The notes beneath the pieces are model-generated. The model was given only the letters and a program-made list of their open reading frames with translations, was not told the DNA's origin and made no database searches. A program made the position numbers and the translations under genes. Shown in pieces: positions 11,880 to 22,955 of a DNA stretch of 64,000 nucleotides (positions are counted from its first letter, which is position 1; every line of letters starts with the position of its first letter). The DNA comes from Cyanidioschyzon merolae. Lineage: Eukaryota. The stretch lies in the NCBI GenBank assembly GCA_000091205.1, contig AP006491.2; one strand, 5' to 3'.

Positions 11880-14417
11880 CTAAACATTCAGCGAGTCGAG
11901 TGGCGGCAGCGTAACCCCTCGCTGCTGGATCTCCTGACGCAGCTGACGCATGTAATCGATACGAGATCCGCGTAAACAGGTCTCGTAGACGATTTCGTAG
12001 ACAAGCGGCGACGGCTGGTACCCATAGCGGACACCGTATTCATGTAAAAGATTCATAGCAGTCTCGGCAGCGGCTGCCTTGCGAAGGCACTGGAACAGGG
12101 CGAAGAATGCTTGTTCGCTCGGCATAGACGCCTTGAACGGTACACCGTCGCTGGACACGCGCTCCGGCGACTCGCAACCGAGTTCACGTTCGAGCGCTCG
12201 CATCCAGTTCAGTGCCGCCTGGACGTCACCACGACTAGCCGCTAGCTCCAGCATCGCCACATATGCAGTTTCGGTCGGTTTGAGGCCAGATCCCATGCTC
12301 CGAATCCGCTCTATCGTTTTCACTGCTTGCTCCTCGTTTCCCACTTGAGCCCAGTAGCGCACCAGAAGCGACAAGGTTTCCGCGTTCAGCGACGTGCTCT
12401 CCTGGCGCTGGGCAAGGTCCTCGAGCACAGCCCGCGCCGTCGCCGCATGACCCCGATCCAAGCACAGCTTAATCAGCGCGTTCGCAACTGGAACTGAAAG
12501 CGGCATATTCCGTTCAGCCATATGGATATGGATCGAAAGCGCCCGCCGAATGTCACCGCCCGAGATACAGGCCAACATCAACTGTTGCAGCAGCGCGCTC
12601 GAGGGGCGTATGCGGCGTCGTCGAACCTCCTTGAGAACCGACATGGCACGCTCGGCTCGTTGCTCTGCGGGCGGAGCAGTGCTGACGGCACGTGCGATCG
12701 CCGTAAACACTTCCAAATCGAAGCGACACGCTGTTGCATGCAGTAAATGCTGGTAAAGGTGAAAGATAATGTCCAGGTTGAGCGCTGGCAGCGTAATGCG
12801 CTCAAAAGTGTGTCCCGCTCTGGCGGTGGAACGCAACGCCGGTTTGCGCGTTGCCCCCGCTCCGCCGGCAAGCTGCGCTTCCTGACGTCGAGCAGCTTCT
12901 GCAGCGGCATTGAAAATGTGCGCAACATCCGATGGTCGAATCCGGTAACCGAGCGCTCTCGAGTGGGCCATGACCTCGAGCGACTCGGTGACGAGGCCCT
13001 CGTCCGCGCAACGTTTCAGCAGTGTTCGCAAGAGAACGCGCGACGGCGGATGAATTCCCTTGAACGGGGCCGGTCTCTCACCCGGTCGATATTCGACAAG
13101 GAGATCGGTCGCCTCAACAATTTGTCCCAGGCGGATGGCGGCCGACATTGCACTCTCCAGAACGAGCACTGGCAGCTGGAGCAGCGGATCCACCACCGCT
13201 GTCGACGACGTCGCTGCTACGGGAGCAGCATCGCCGCTCCTAGCGGGAGCAGGAACAGACACCGCGGCTGTCTTTGTATCCACAGATTCCGGTAGCTGCC
13301 GTGCAGGTGGCACGACTTGGCCTCTATCTAGCGCCTCTTTGGATGACGCGAACTGGTCAGTGGCGGTTGTAGCCGCTGGTGCTCGCGACGTCTCCGCGAC
13401 GCGCAGACGCTGCATCACCCGTGCATAGCGCTTGAGCACTTTCGCTACTGTCCATCGAAACCAGTGCATGATGCGTTCGTCTGCAATTGGTCTCATGTGA
13501 TCGGGAAACAAGGCGACACCGAGTTCTGCAATGTATCGGAAGGCTAGGTAGCGAGCCTCACGCGTGACCTGTTCCAGTTCGGAAGCGACATTGTTTCGGG
13601 CGGCTTGCTCGAGCGCCGTCGTCATCATCCGAACGATTGCATCACTGAAGCGAAGGTATAGAGGAGCGTGCCTTTCCACACAGAGTCGAATGAACTCGGC
13701 TAGACAGCCGACGCTGGGTGCTGTTCCCGTGAGTGTTGGCAAGGCTTGCAGCAAACGAGCAGCCCCGACGAGCCCGGCCCGAGAGCGATCACAGCGCTCG
13801 ATGATTTTTTGCACCTGAGTGACCTGGGGGAACTGCGGTACGTCTGTTGCGAGTGCACGCTCCTGATATGCAGCCAGGAGTGCACGAGCACCCTGGTTGG
13901 TACCACGCCGGCGGCGCCCGTGCAAGAGCAGCTCCAGTTGCGCCCAAATGGCACTCGCTGGAGACGCTGGCTGGTTTGTTTCCAAGCGGTCAGCTGGTCC
14001 CGCTTCTGCCGCGCCTGTTCGCCGTGCTGCTTTTCTTGCTGCTTTACGCGAGGGTCGCTGCGCACGTTGCCACCAGTGGTACCATCTGGAGCCAAGTATC
14101 GTTGCCAGTGCAGCACTGTCGTCGGGCTCGGCGAGTTCACGCGCCATGGCGGCCACGGCTCTGCCGTGTTGACGGTACTTTACGCTTCGCTCGTCGCGGT
14201 GCAGGTACCGAAGCAGGTCCTGCAACTGGCGAACATCGAGTTTCGCGGGTAAGATGCCTTCATCAGCGCCACTGGAAAGCTGCTTCGCTCGCTTGGCACT
14301 CCTCGATGCACTTCGAGTCAATAAACCCGACGCCGAGGCCACGGGAAGTACTCGGGGCCAGTGCGTCACCACCAGGGACGGCAGGCCTCGACAACAACAG
14401 CGTCGCAGGACGCACAT
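11880..14417 (-). CDS. helical-repeat (PPR/TPR-like) protein
   Basis: An 845-aa ORF with an ATG start. The C-terminal two-thirds consists of degenerate ~35-aa alpha-helical repeats, for example '...ALIKLCLDRGHAATARAVLEDLAQRQ...LSLLVRYWAQVGNEEQAVKTIERIRSMG...AYVAMLELAASRGDVQAALNWMRAL'. No catalytic motif is recognised. Confidence 0.4.
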   Translation of the reverse strand: MCVLRRCCCRGLPSLVVTHWPRVLPVASASGLLTRSASRSAKRAKQLSSGADEGILPAKLDVRQLQDLLRYLHRDERSVKYRQHGRAVAAMARELAEPDDSAALATILGSRWYHWWQRAQRPSRKAARKAARRTGAAEAGPADRLETNQPASPASAIWAQLELLLHGRRRRGTNQGARALLAAYQERALATDVPQFPQVTQVQKIIERCDRSRAGLVGAARLLQALPTLTGTAPSVGCLAEFIRLCVERHAPLYLRFSDAIVRMMTTALEQAARNNVASELEQVTREARYLAFRYIAELGVALFPDHMRPIADERIMHWFRWTVAKVLKRYARVMQRLRVAETSRAPAATTATDQFASSKEALDRGQVVPPARQLPESVDTKTAAVSVPAPARSGDAAPVAATSSTAVVDPLLQLPVLVLESAMSAAIRLGQIVEATDLLVEYRPGERPAPFKGIHPPSRVLLRTLLKRCADEGLVTESLEVMAHSRALGYRIRPSDVAHIFNAAAEAARRQEAQLAGGAGATRKPALRSTARAGHTFERITLPALNLDIIFHLYQHLLHATACRFDLEVFTAIARAVSTAPPAEQRAERAMSVLKEVRRRRIRPSSALLQQLMLACISGGDIRRALSIHIHMAERNMPLSVPVANALIKLCLDRGHAATARAVLEDLAQRQESTSLNAETLSLLVRYWAQVGNEEQAVKTIERIRSMGSGLKPTETAYVAMLELAASRGDVQAALNWMRALERELGCESPERVSSDGVPFKASMPSEQAFFALFQCLRKAAAAETAMNLLHEYGVRYGYQPSPLVYEIVYETCLRGSRIDYMRQLRQEIQQRGVTLPPLDSLNV

Positions 14418-15556
14418 GTTCAGGCTTGAGCCGGAACCGGCTCAGTGCATGCCGCTCTCGTCGCACAGCGCATAGAGAGGTCACCGGAGACCTCGCAGGG
14501 TGGCACGCGCCACACCCGTTGACGACCCGTTTCGCACGCCCGCTCGCTGTGAAAAGTTGACGGCACGCGCTGCTGCGGTGCGTTGCGCTCCCGCAGTCCA
14601 CAGCGCAGTCCAGCGGTCCACTTGGTTGCGAGACTGCTCTGTTCTGGGCACGAGACCCATATCGAAGAGAGATAGAACGGGTACTAGTTTATTAACTCGA
14701 GTGTACACACTAATATTTGAATATCTTCCAACGATTATCAACTTTGGTATTTGTAGGCGCTTTCTGTGGCACCCTCCTTTGCTTCCCTCGCATCTCCGAA
14801 TGGACATAGGGCAATCTTTCCTGCATCGCTGGCTCTGTTGTCAGCAGTCGATGGATGTTGATGGCAGCGTGCAAGTCGGGTATTCTCCGATTCTGGCTCA
14901 TGCGGAAGCATTGAATGCACCGGTGGTAGCCATGAAATCGGGACGCGAATGCGATCATCAGTACGCATCGACTGTTGGCAACGTAACGGACTTGGCTCGC
15001 GTGACCCGCGCCTGCGGGAAGCCGGACATTAGAGCGGAGAAAGGAGTATCCGACGCAGAACAAGGCCGCAAACGCTGATGCTGAATGACAGAGGAAAGAA
15101 ATACAAACATTAGATTGTACACTCGAGTTCGTGAAGTGGTGCCCAGCCCATTCCACGCCCGCGTTGGTGTAAAAAGTCGAAAAATCTATGCGATGGACGC
15201 AGTAGCAGCTGCGTTCGTAGACACCTCGACTGGGTGCCTGAACGGTCGTGCAGAAGCGTCCATTTGGAGATCATCTGGATCCCTGTACAAACAAGTCATT
15301 TAAGTACACTATTGTAATCACTGAGTCATCTTGGACTCGAGCGTACCACACCCGCGAGCGACGCCCTGATGCGCCCGCGCAGTCGGAGCGCAGGCAGCGA
15401 TTGGTGCAGGGATTCGCAAGCAATGGACGCAAATCACTTTGCTGCTCATCGCTTCCGGAAGTATCGTTGGTGGACGCAACTGCACGATAGTGTCCGGCTG
15501 CCAGCGTACATCTATCGAGGAAGCATTGCGCCTTTTTCATTTGATTAACTATTCAT

Positions 15557-17092
15557 ATGGGCGTTAACTGGCGTTTACCAGAGACCAGAGCTTTTGTCGT
15601 AAGCTCTGCACCGGTTTCACGCGCTGCAAGCAGGTCACCGTGTACCATGGGCAACCGCTTCTCGAGTTGGGTCTGGTCTGTCGCTCCGCTGCGTTTCTTG
15701 CGCTATCCATTGACGTCGCGGCGTTCTCTGGAAACCCGTATGAGCCAGCAGGATAGCGGACGGTCCTTTTCGGTTCATCGCACAGGCGAGCGCGCGAGCT
15801 CGAGCGTCGCCACTGCGGAGCGGATTCAGCGGCGTCCGATCGAGGTTGAGCCTCAAGGCGACGATATCGAACCGCCGGAGGGATTTATCGCACCGGAACC
15901 GCGGTTGTTTCGCGTGCGAAATGATCACTTTATGGACTTTTTCACCGGGGCGTTAGCAAGTCTCGTCCGTGGCGGTAGCGGCGCCTTTGTAACTGGTTAC
16001 CGTCTACGCATCCGCGACAACGCACAGGCCCCAGCGCGTTCATCATATGAAACAGGGGATCGGTACGGTACGACGACGAGCACGACGTCAAGCGAGCGTG
16101 ACGTTGGTGCACAGATGCTGGAGCGTCTCTATGCACGAATCGAGGAGTCGTCGGCGTTTCTGCCGGCGTCGCGCCCGGCGGCAGGCACGCTCAAGCTGTA
16201 CGAGTTCGAGGCGTGTCCGTTCTGTCGCAAAGTTCGCGAGGCCATGTCAGCGCTCGATCTGGATGTACTCATGTTTCCGTGTCCGAAAGGCGGTGAGCGA
16301 TACCGTCCGTTTGTGCAGCAACGCGGTGGCAAGGCCCAGTTTCCATTCCTCATCGATGAGAATACCGGGTTTGAAGGATACGAATCGGATGCGATCATCC
16401 AGTATCTGTTCAAGACGTACGGTGATGGGCGTGTGCCGCTGCCGTTGGCGCTGGGGCCGGTCACGAACGTCAGCGCCGGCATGGCTACCATGATGCGCGC
16501 GGGGCGGGGCATGCGCAAGGCGGGTCCATGTGCGGTGCCGCGATATGCGCTGGAGCTCTGGGCCTACGAAGCATCGCCGTTTTCGAAACTTGTTCGGGAG
16601 CGTCTCGTTGAGTACGAGTTGCCTTACGTGCTGCATAACGCAGCGCGGGGCTCTGTGAACCGAGAAGTGCTGCGCAACCTCACCGGGCGCGTTCAAGTAC
16701 CGTACTTGATTGACCCGAACACGGGCATTTCCATGTTCGAATCTGCTGAGATCCTCGATTACCTCGATATGACGTATGGTCCGAATAGCAAGAATGTTGG
16801 CAAGCGCAGGAATCGCTCTAGCAGCACTGGGCTGAGTTCCAGTGCACCGCACCAGCAGACGAAGGCCACTGGAACCGCATCGGCAGCGATGGGCGTAGAT
16901 GCCTCGGCTGCCGCCACTGCAACTGGTGCAGCGGCAACCGCGGTTGCATCCACTGGTAGCAGCAGTACCGCATCTGAATCCAAGCCAACGAATCTGAATC
17001 CGGATATTACGCCCAAGGACGAGAAGCTGGAAGCGTACTGCGCAGATCCTCAGAATGTAGACTCGGATGAATGCCGCGTCTATGATGATTAG
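15557..17092 (+). CDS. thioredoxin-fold protein with two tandem GST-N / glutaredoxin-like domains
   Basis: Two repeats of the 'LKLYEFEACPFCRKVREAMSALDLDVLMFPCPKGGERYRPFV...FPFLIDENTGFEGYESDAIIQYLFKTYG' / 'LELWAYEASPFSKLVRERLVEYELPYVLHNAARGSVNREVL...VPYLIDPNTGISMFESAEILDYLDMTYG' pattern (CPF/SPF active-site position, then the 'VP.L.D...G..+.ES..I..YL' GST-N signature). The true start is uncertain because of a long N-terminal extension. Confidence 0.55.
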   Translation: MGVNWRLPETRAFVVSSAPVSRAASRSPCTMGNRFSSWVWSVAPLRFLRYPLTSRRSLETRMSQQDSGRSFSVHRTGERASSSVATAERIQRRPIEVEPQGDDIEPPEGFIAPEPRLFRVRNDHFMDFFTGALASLVRGGSGAFVTGYRLRIRDNAQAPARSSYETGDRYGTTTSTTSSERDVGAQMLERLYARIEESSAFLPASRPAAGTLKLYEFEACPFCRKVREAMSALDLDVLMFPCPKGGERYRPFVQQRGGKAQFPFLIDENTGFEGYESDAIIQYLFKTYGDGRVPLPLALGPVTNVSAGMATMMRAGRGMRKAGPCAVPRYALELWAYEASPFSKLVRERLVEYELPYVLHNAARGSVNREVLRNLTGRVQVPYLIDPNTGISMFESAEILDYLDMTYGPNSKNVGKRRNRSSSTGLSSSAPHQQTKATGTASAAMGVDASAAATATGAAATAVASTGSSSTASESKPTNLNPDITPKDEKLEAYCADPQNVDSDECRVYDD

Positions 17093-17845
17093 CGACTGCC
17101 GTGCGATCTCGCACCGTTGTGACTTGGGGTCTTTCGGTGAAGCCAAACTACCCTAAAGGTCGGTGTATATCAACGATTCCCGAGTCTGGATGAGCACTGC
17201 CCCAGCGGACGCCTGCTTGAACTCCGGATCGCGGGGTCCGTTCGGGTCCTGCTCGCTCGGGCTTGTCGCAAGGAAGTTGCAGGTAACCCGGAATGATCGC
17301 ATCCTCGTGATGCGTACGGGATTAGCTGGCGTGCCCAGTGTCGTAGAGAAACCAGGTGCTCTCACAGGGATGCCAAGATACGCCAAGATACCGCAGCGTT
17401 CACGATCGCTGCATCAGGACACCATCAGGTTTCTCTCCTGAGCCGAGCATTCACGGCAAGTTGATGCGCTGGGCTACGGCTTGCAAGGCGATTCAGCACG
17501 TACGTTGAGCGCATTGCGTATGCTGATGTCAAAGCGACGCCCTGGCTGCAGGGTCAGAGTTCGATGCACGTGCGCGTGCTGCTGCGCTTGCAGCGCAGGG
17601 AGACTTCCATCAAGTTACCTGCGGCCTCGCTTACTATTCATAGCACCATACTTGATGCGCAGATACACGATATGCACACGGCGCTCAGATATGTTCAACG
17701 TTCTACGCCGATGGCGCCGCGTTGTGCTGTGCAATTCTTCACGAAAGTGGTAAGCAGCACGGTGTTGAGCAGCATACAAGAGTGCCATCGACGCTGCCAT
17801 TGGCAGCGTCGATGGATCCATGCAGTGCAGTGATGCGGTTCACGG

Positions 17846-17846
<1 letters not shown>

Positions 17847-17882
<36 letters not shown>
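17847..17882. repeat. (CTG)12 microsatellite
   Basis: The sequence 'gctgctgctgctgctgctgctgctgctgctgctgc' is read directly. Confidence 0.9.
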
Positions 17883-18019
17883 TGCATCAGGGTGTGAAAA
17901 TGCCGCTTCAGGGAAGCTACCGCTGTGCTCCTCGATCTTGAAGCATATGTGGACACTAAAACGATAAACGCTCGGCAAACCGTAGCGTGCATAGAGACAC
18001 CCAGTCACAAACGCTTCCC

Positions 18020-18260
18020 AGCAAAAATTGCCAGCTGCCTGTTGTCGACTTCAGGTTATCCAGGAGCAGAACGAGCCTCAGAGGCTGCACCACAAGTTTG
18101 GATTGCGACAGCGCCTCGAGTCCCGTCTTCGGCACCGCACATTTTTCGGATATGAATGGCGGCGTCCGGGTTGCGGTTCGCGACCTCCATGCGTTTTTTG
18201 CCTCTGGTTCAACGCCTTAACGCAAGGATTGCTAGAACTCGTGCCCTATGTGCTACTACA
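18020..18260 (-). pseudogene. TnpB/Fanzor-like 3'-end fragment (copy D)
   Basis: The reverse complement of 18149-18184 translates 'VANRNPDAAIHI', against 'FVNRDFNAASNI' in copy A. DNA 18149-18260 aligns with 4583-4700 and with 23223-23330 at roughly 70-75% identity. Downstream of the motif, the minus-strand sequence stays alignable with copy A through '...cctct(g/c)agg'. Confidence 0.45.
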
Positions 18261-18674
18261 GTCTCGTCATCGTCCCATCGGACAAACATCGGTCCTCTCC
18301 TATCTCTCGTCTCCATCTTCTTCTTCTTCGTTACTTGCTCCTCTCTGCTATATGGTCAGCGACACGAGGATTTTTTCTTTTTGTTTCTGTTGAATCCAGC
18401 GACATCGAATCCTCTGGGATCCGCGACTTCTACGTCCATACATTTCCCCTGGATTTCCATTTCTTCAAATCAAGGCACTTGCATTGCGTCAGCTATAGTA
18501 CGCGAAATAGCATCTGACGACACGCACCTCAGCGTGGCGCCTCGTGGAAATGAACGCTTGTAGAAAGAATCGGCGTGCGAACGTATCGACTCGGTGGCGT
18601 AGACGCCGTCGCTGGCGCTCCGGTTAGCCGGCGTCGCGCAGCAGCGCCTGCGCCACATGAGCTTTCCGCTCCCG

Positions 18675-19179
18675 GGAATCGACATAAACGTTGTCTGGGG
18701 TACGCTAAGATTACCGTTGCTCTGCTCCTGATTTCTGTATTTCTGTATCTGGGAATTTGCGTATTCGCGTATCGGGGAATCGACATAAACGTTGTCTGGG
18801 ACACGCGTAGATTACCGCTGCTCTGCTCCTGATTTCTGTATTTCTGTATCTGCGAATTTGCGTATTTGCGTATCGGGGAATCGACACAAACGTTGTCTGG
18901 GACACGCGTAGATTACCGTTGCTCTGCTCCTGATTTCTGTATTTCTGTATCTGCGAATTTGCGTATTTGCGTATCGGGGAATCGACACAAACATTGTCTG
19001 GGGTACGCTAAGATTACCGTTGCTCTGCTCCTGATTTCTGTATTTCTGTATCTGCGAATTTGCGTATTTGCGTATCGGGGAATCGACATAAACGTTGTCT
19101 GGGGTACGCCTAGATTACCGTTGCTCCGCTCCTGATTTCTGTATTTCTGTATCTGCGAATTTGCGTATTTGCGTATCGC
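18675..19179. repeat. 101-bp minisatellite, 5 tandem copies
   Basis: The unit 'ggaatcgaca(t/c)aaac(g/a)ttgtctggg...gattaccgttgctctgctcctgatttctgtatttctgtatctgcgaatttgcgtatttgcgtatcgg' starts at 18675, 18776, 18877, 18978 and 19079, with a period of exactly 101 bp. Each unit contains internal 9-bp sub-repeats (tttctgtat x2, tttgcgtat x2). Confidence 0.95.
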
Positions 19180-19939
19180 CAGGGTCGAGCGAGTATGCTA
19201 CCCAAGCATCCGAGGGTGCACGACAGCGCAGGCACCGATGCTACCTGCCACGTCACCGCGCTGACCTGATGCAGACCGGTACGCCTCCTCAAGCAGGCAG
19301 CCTTGCGCACACAAATCACCGTCGCAGGCTGGCGGTATTGATCGAGCTCTGTTTCCCAACGGACTGCACAACGGGTGTACTCCGAATATGACGCCCGTGT
19401 CGCTAGCGCATATGGAGCTCGGAGAACGACATGGATTCGCTAGCGTCTGCAGACGGCCTCTCAGCAGGGTCCAGCATATATGCACGTTGACAATCAGGGA
19501 TTCGCGCCAGGGCAGGTGCGTGCACCGTCGGCACGCCTGCTGCTTCATCTACCTATTTGGCTGCGTTTTCAGCGCAGATGCTAGCACAATTTAAGCCACA
19601 CGCGTTGCCTGATGCGCACACAATGTAGCAGCGGGTGCAATGCATTCATTAGCACCCTGAATGTTATCCAGGAACCTGGCGAGTACGCCCACTTGCCCAG
19701 TCCTGTTCATCGGCACGCCAGCGACTGGAATCTTTCGTAGCGCCGCAGCGCTCGACGCGAGTCGATACGGAAGGCGCGCATCGCCTGTGCATACGCTGCA
19801 TGGACCTGTGAGCGTTGCGTCTGTTTTTGCTTCGTGAGGCTTTGTGTACACCGCCTGCGTACGCTCTAGACACCGCCTGAGTGTGCCTTGCGTGCCCCGC
19901 GACGTGCGTCCACAGCCGACTCGGACACAGCGTCTACAT

Positions 19940-20320
19940 ATGGCACCGGACGCGTTCCCTGGGCGACGTTTCTCGGCGGAGCACTCGATTCGAGTCGCTG
20001 CCGCTTTCATAGGCATTAGCTTTGTGCTAGCGTACGCGTTGCGAGAGTGGATCCGCTCGTCGCCGAAACTGGTTCTCGCGACTGGCGTTTTGGCGTCCCT
20101 GTGGTCAGTCTACACGCTCAGTCTGTGCAGCGCCTGCCGCGTAGCGCTGTTCAGCACTGCAAACGAACGCCGTCGCACGAAGCCGCTGGGGTGGATCGCC
20201 ACCGTACTAAGTGGGGCGTTCGGAGGTCTGCTTGGTTCCCGAATCCACGCGGTCTGCTTCACCACTTCGGTGTTGCTGTACGCGGTCTGGGTCTGGGAGC
20301 TACAGATACCAGAGCAGTGA
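19940..20320 (+). CDS. hypothetical small multi-pass membrane protein
   Basis: A ~126-aa ORF from ATG 19940 with about four hydrophobic helices ('VAAAFIGISFVLAYAL', 'LVLATGVLASLWSVYTL', 'LGWIATVLSGAFGGLLG', 'AVCFTTSVLLYAVWVW'). No family is recognised. Confidence 0.25.
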   Translation: MAPDAFPGRRFSAEHSIRVAAAFIGISFVLAYALREWIRSSPKLVLATGVLASLWSVYTLSLCSACRVALFSTANERRRTKPLGWIATVLSGAFGGLLGSRIHAVCFTTSVLLYAVWVWELQIPEQ

Positions 20321-20992
20321 CGCTTGAATACAGCAGCGCGCAGCGCGTGCGCCCTCATGCCAACCTTCAAAAGAAGCACCGGCCGATGCTGGAGCGGCTT
20401 TGCAACTTGCGCTTGCACAGCCCGAGTCTGGACTGACTTGCCGATCGGGATAGTGCCTATAGCTGCAGGCATGGGAACACTGTCCCCGCGGTTCACGATG
20501 GTGCGTTCGAAGCTTGCGTCGCCAGGCTGCAACTGCAGCGTCCCGGGCCACTCAGCGGATTGCGCTTCCGCTACGTATCCGGAGCGGGACCAGGCTGAGG
20601 ACGCGGAAACACCGGGCGCCGCCAGCGTCTCCCAGTCTAGACACCAAGTTGTTCCATTCAGGGAAAGCTGGCCGTGTTCGCAGTGAGCGCGATGAGCGTT
20701 TGCGACGCTTTCGCCATGGAGCGCTGCGGGCGAGTCAGCACTAGGACGCAGAGACGAATCCCAGTGCAACCAGGAGCTGGGATGCGTTTCGTCGATGCGG
20801 CATGGACTTCTGCATCGACAGGGACGGCGAATGGGGACCGTTTCGTTTGATTTATAGCCTTCTGCGCTTATGATGCACGACTCGTATGATGCCACGCGGC
20901 ACACTCGATGCTTCCTGGTAACTGGGGACGCGATCAATTCGACCTAAAGCGCATCGGGTGACCGACATTCCGCCGCCAGCCAGTGCACGGTA

Positions 20993-22648
20993 CTAAAACG
21001 TTGCAGAGTCCTCTAGGTCGTCGTCCGGCAACGCCACGAGATCTCTGTACCCGCTCAACAAATCCGCGAAGCGTTGCCGCTGCCGAATGATGCGCCAACG
21101 ATTACCCTGAACCATGAGCTCGCCCGGTAGCACCTTCATATTGTAGTTGCTCGCCATGGACATGCAGTATGCTCCGCTGTCCATTACAGCGAGACCCGTG
21201 CCGGGTGCGGGTAGCGGAAGCACCCGCGCTTTTCCCAAGAAATCACTCGATTCGCAGACTGGCCCCACGATGTCGTATGTCGCCATTTGCTCGCCGGCTA
21301 CTCCGGGCTCAGTCAGGGTGATCAACTGGTACGCTCCGTACAGCGCTGGTCGAATCAGCTCCGCCATCGATCCGTCGACGACGATGAAGCGCTTATCGCC
21401 ATTCCGTTTGACTCCAATGACCCTACACACCAGGATGCCGGCATTCCCAATGAGGGAACGCCCCGGCTCAATGATGAGGGTTAGGTCGCGTCCCGCTAAA
21501 CACGGCCGAATCGCATCGATGAGCTCCTGCGGGGTCGGGATGCGTTCGCCTTTCCGCTCATAATCGATCCCGAGACCACCACCGATATTCAGGAAGCGAA
21601 TACTGTGGAAACCACGTGCACTGATTTCGTCGATCACTTGAAGCATGGTCACAACATTGTCGTGAAAAAGTTCCACTTTTTTGATGGTGGACCCCAGATG
21701 CGAATGGACACCGACCAGCTCGACCTGTGCTTCATTTTGTCTGATTCGATCCAGAAACCAGCGCAGTTGATCGGTGCGAATACCAAACTTGCTCGTTGCA
21801 AGCCCAGTGCTCACATACGGATGCACCTGGGGATCGATGTCAGGGTTGATGCGGAGCAGGACGCGTGCCTTGCGTCCTTCGCGCTTCGCCGCCGCTAAAA
21901 TATTCTCGAGATCGAACTCCGAGTCGACGTTGATGAGACACTCTGCTCGAACGGCAAGGGCGATTTCCTGAGGCGTTTTCCCGTTTCCGTTGAAGACCGT
22001 GCGTCGCATATCGAAGCCGGCGAGTCGCGCTAGGCGCAGTTCGTTGCCACTCACCAGAACTGCCCCACATCCGCGTTCACGCACAAGCTGCATAATCATC
22101 AAGTTGTTGTTGGCCTTGACAGCGTAGCCGATGATGGCATCCATACCTGCCAGCGCTTCCTGGTACGCTCGCACGTTCGCCTCAATGCGGCTCTGCGAGT
22201 AGAGGTAGAATGGCGATGCCTCAGGTCCCAGGGCGTCTTGAATGTCCTTCACGCGCACCTCCTCGCAGTACAGGAACCCGTCGCTTCCCACTTCGAACTG
22301 GGGTGCTGGATTCTGCACCGCAGGCGCTGCAACGACCTGCATTCGAAGCAGCTGCGAGGCCTGCAGGCCGCTAGACGAGGCTTGACTCTCGACGCCGTGA
22401 AAAGGTCGACGGCACCAAGCCCCGATCGTCCTCCGTCGCCGTCGTGAGCACGCACCCGACCCCAGACGCAACCAAGACGCCGACGCCTTGGCGTATACTC
22501 CTACTGCAAACATAGCCGCCCGAAGCAAGTCCAGTGCGGCTATAAAACGAACGTTGTGACGAGTTGGAAGCGTAGGCACACGCGTCCTGCCGTGTCTACC
22601 AAAAGCGAAATTTGCGCTGCGGGTGCGCGGCGCCGGTTTTTTTTTCAT
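20993..22648 (-). CDS. LYSA: diaminopimelate decarboxylase (LysA; fold-III PLP decarboxylase) with N-terminal presequence
   Basis: PLP-binding motif 'YAVKANNN'. Further blocks include 'HSHLGS', 'LNIGGGLGIDY', 'EPGRSLIGNAG' and 'GPVCESSDFLG...MDSGAYCMSMASNYN', which are typical of DAP decarboxylase rather than ornithine decarboxylase. The track start at 22666 is GTG; the first ATG is at 22648. A ~120-aa N-terminal extension suggests organelle targeting. Confidence 0.85.
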   Translation of the reverse strand: MKKKPAPRTRSANFAFGRHGRTRVPTLPTRHNVRFIAALDLLRAAMFAVGVYAKASASWLRLGSGACSRRRRRTIGAWCRRPFHGVESQASSSGLQASQLLRMQVVAAPAVQNPAPQFEVGSDGFLYCEEVRVKDIQDALGPEASPFYLYSQSRIEANVRAYQEALAGMDAIIGYAVKANNNLMIMQLVRERGCGAVLVSGNELRLARLAGFDMRRTVFNGNGKTPQEIALAVRAECLINVDSEFDLENILAAAKREGRKARVLLRINPDIDPQVHPYVSTGLATSKFGIRTDQLRWFLDRIRQNEAQVELVGVHSHLGSTIKKVELFHDNVVTMLQVIDEISARGFHSIRFLNIGGGLGIDYERKGERIPTPQELIDAIRPCLAGRDLTLIIEPGRSLIGNAGILVCRVIGVKRNGDKRFIVVDGSMAELIRPALYGAYQLITLTEPGVAGEQMATYDIVGPVCESSDFLGKARVLPLPAPGTGLAVMDSGAYCMSMASNYNMKVLPGELMVQGNRWRIIRQRQRFADLLSGYRDLVALPDDDLEDSATF

Positions 22649-22697
22649 TGGACAAAAGGTTGCCACAGGCCAGCGATCCCCGACTAGGCCTTTTTAT

Positions 22698-22817
22698 CAG
22701 CACGCGGTGAAGCAGCCATCGATCCACGCCCTACTTCCAAGTTCCAAAACCCATAGATCTTCTCGGGTATGCTGGTGGTTTCATAATGTCTATCGTACGC
22801 CGAGCCTGCCGTGAGCG
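22698..22817 (+). repeat. dispersed ~110-bp repeat 'R', copy R1
   Basis: The sequence 'cagcacgcggtgaagcagccatcgatccacgccctacttccaagttcc...ctggtggtttcata...gccgagcctgccgtgagcg' is ~70% identical to R2 (25608-25723). It is related to the reverse complement of R3 (29120-29252). Confidence 0.55.
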
Positions 22818-22955
22818 TTTAAAATAGCGCGTAAAGCACCTCTGCAGTCGTGGCACGGAGACAGAACTGGGTTGCCATACCAGAGAGGGCGTCGGCTCGA
22901 GACCAAGCTCATCCATGCCAAAGCACACTAAGCCTATCCGAAACTGCGCCCTTGA

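Noticed and set aside
16247-17146. A 299-aa minus-strand ORF antisense to the GST-N/glutaredoxin-like gene. Similar long antisense ORFs include 9239..9811, 10883..11383, 13847..14560 and 42182..42901.
   Set aside because: The sense strand carries clear domain homology in each case. At ~60% GC, stop codons are rare in antisense frames, so long antisense ORFs are expected by chance. Their sequences are low-complexity (Arg/Ala/Pro-rich).
18529-18994. Three overlapping minus-strand ORFs (18529..18804, 18711..18905, 18812..18994) with near-identical 'SIPRYANTQIRRYRNTEIRSRA...' translations.
   Set aside because: They are translations of the 101-bp tandem repeat read in phase and are not independent genes.
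18675-19179. Possibility that the regular 101-bp array is a CRISPR array.
   Set aside because: The units are contiguous with no unique spacers. The unit length is far above CRISPR repeat size. The genomic context is eukaryotic.
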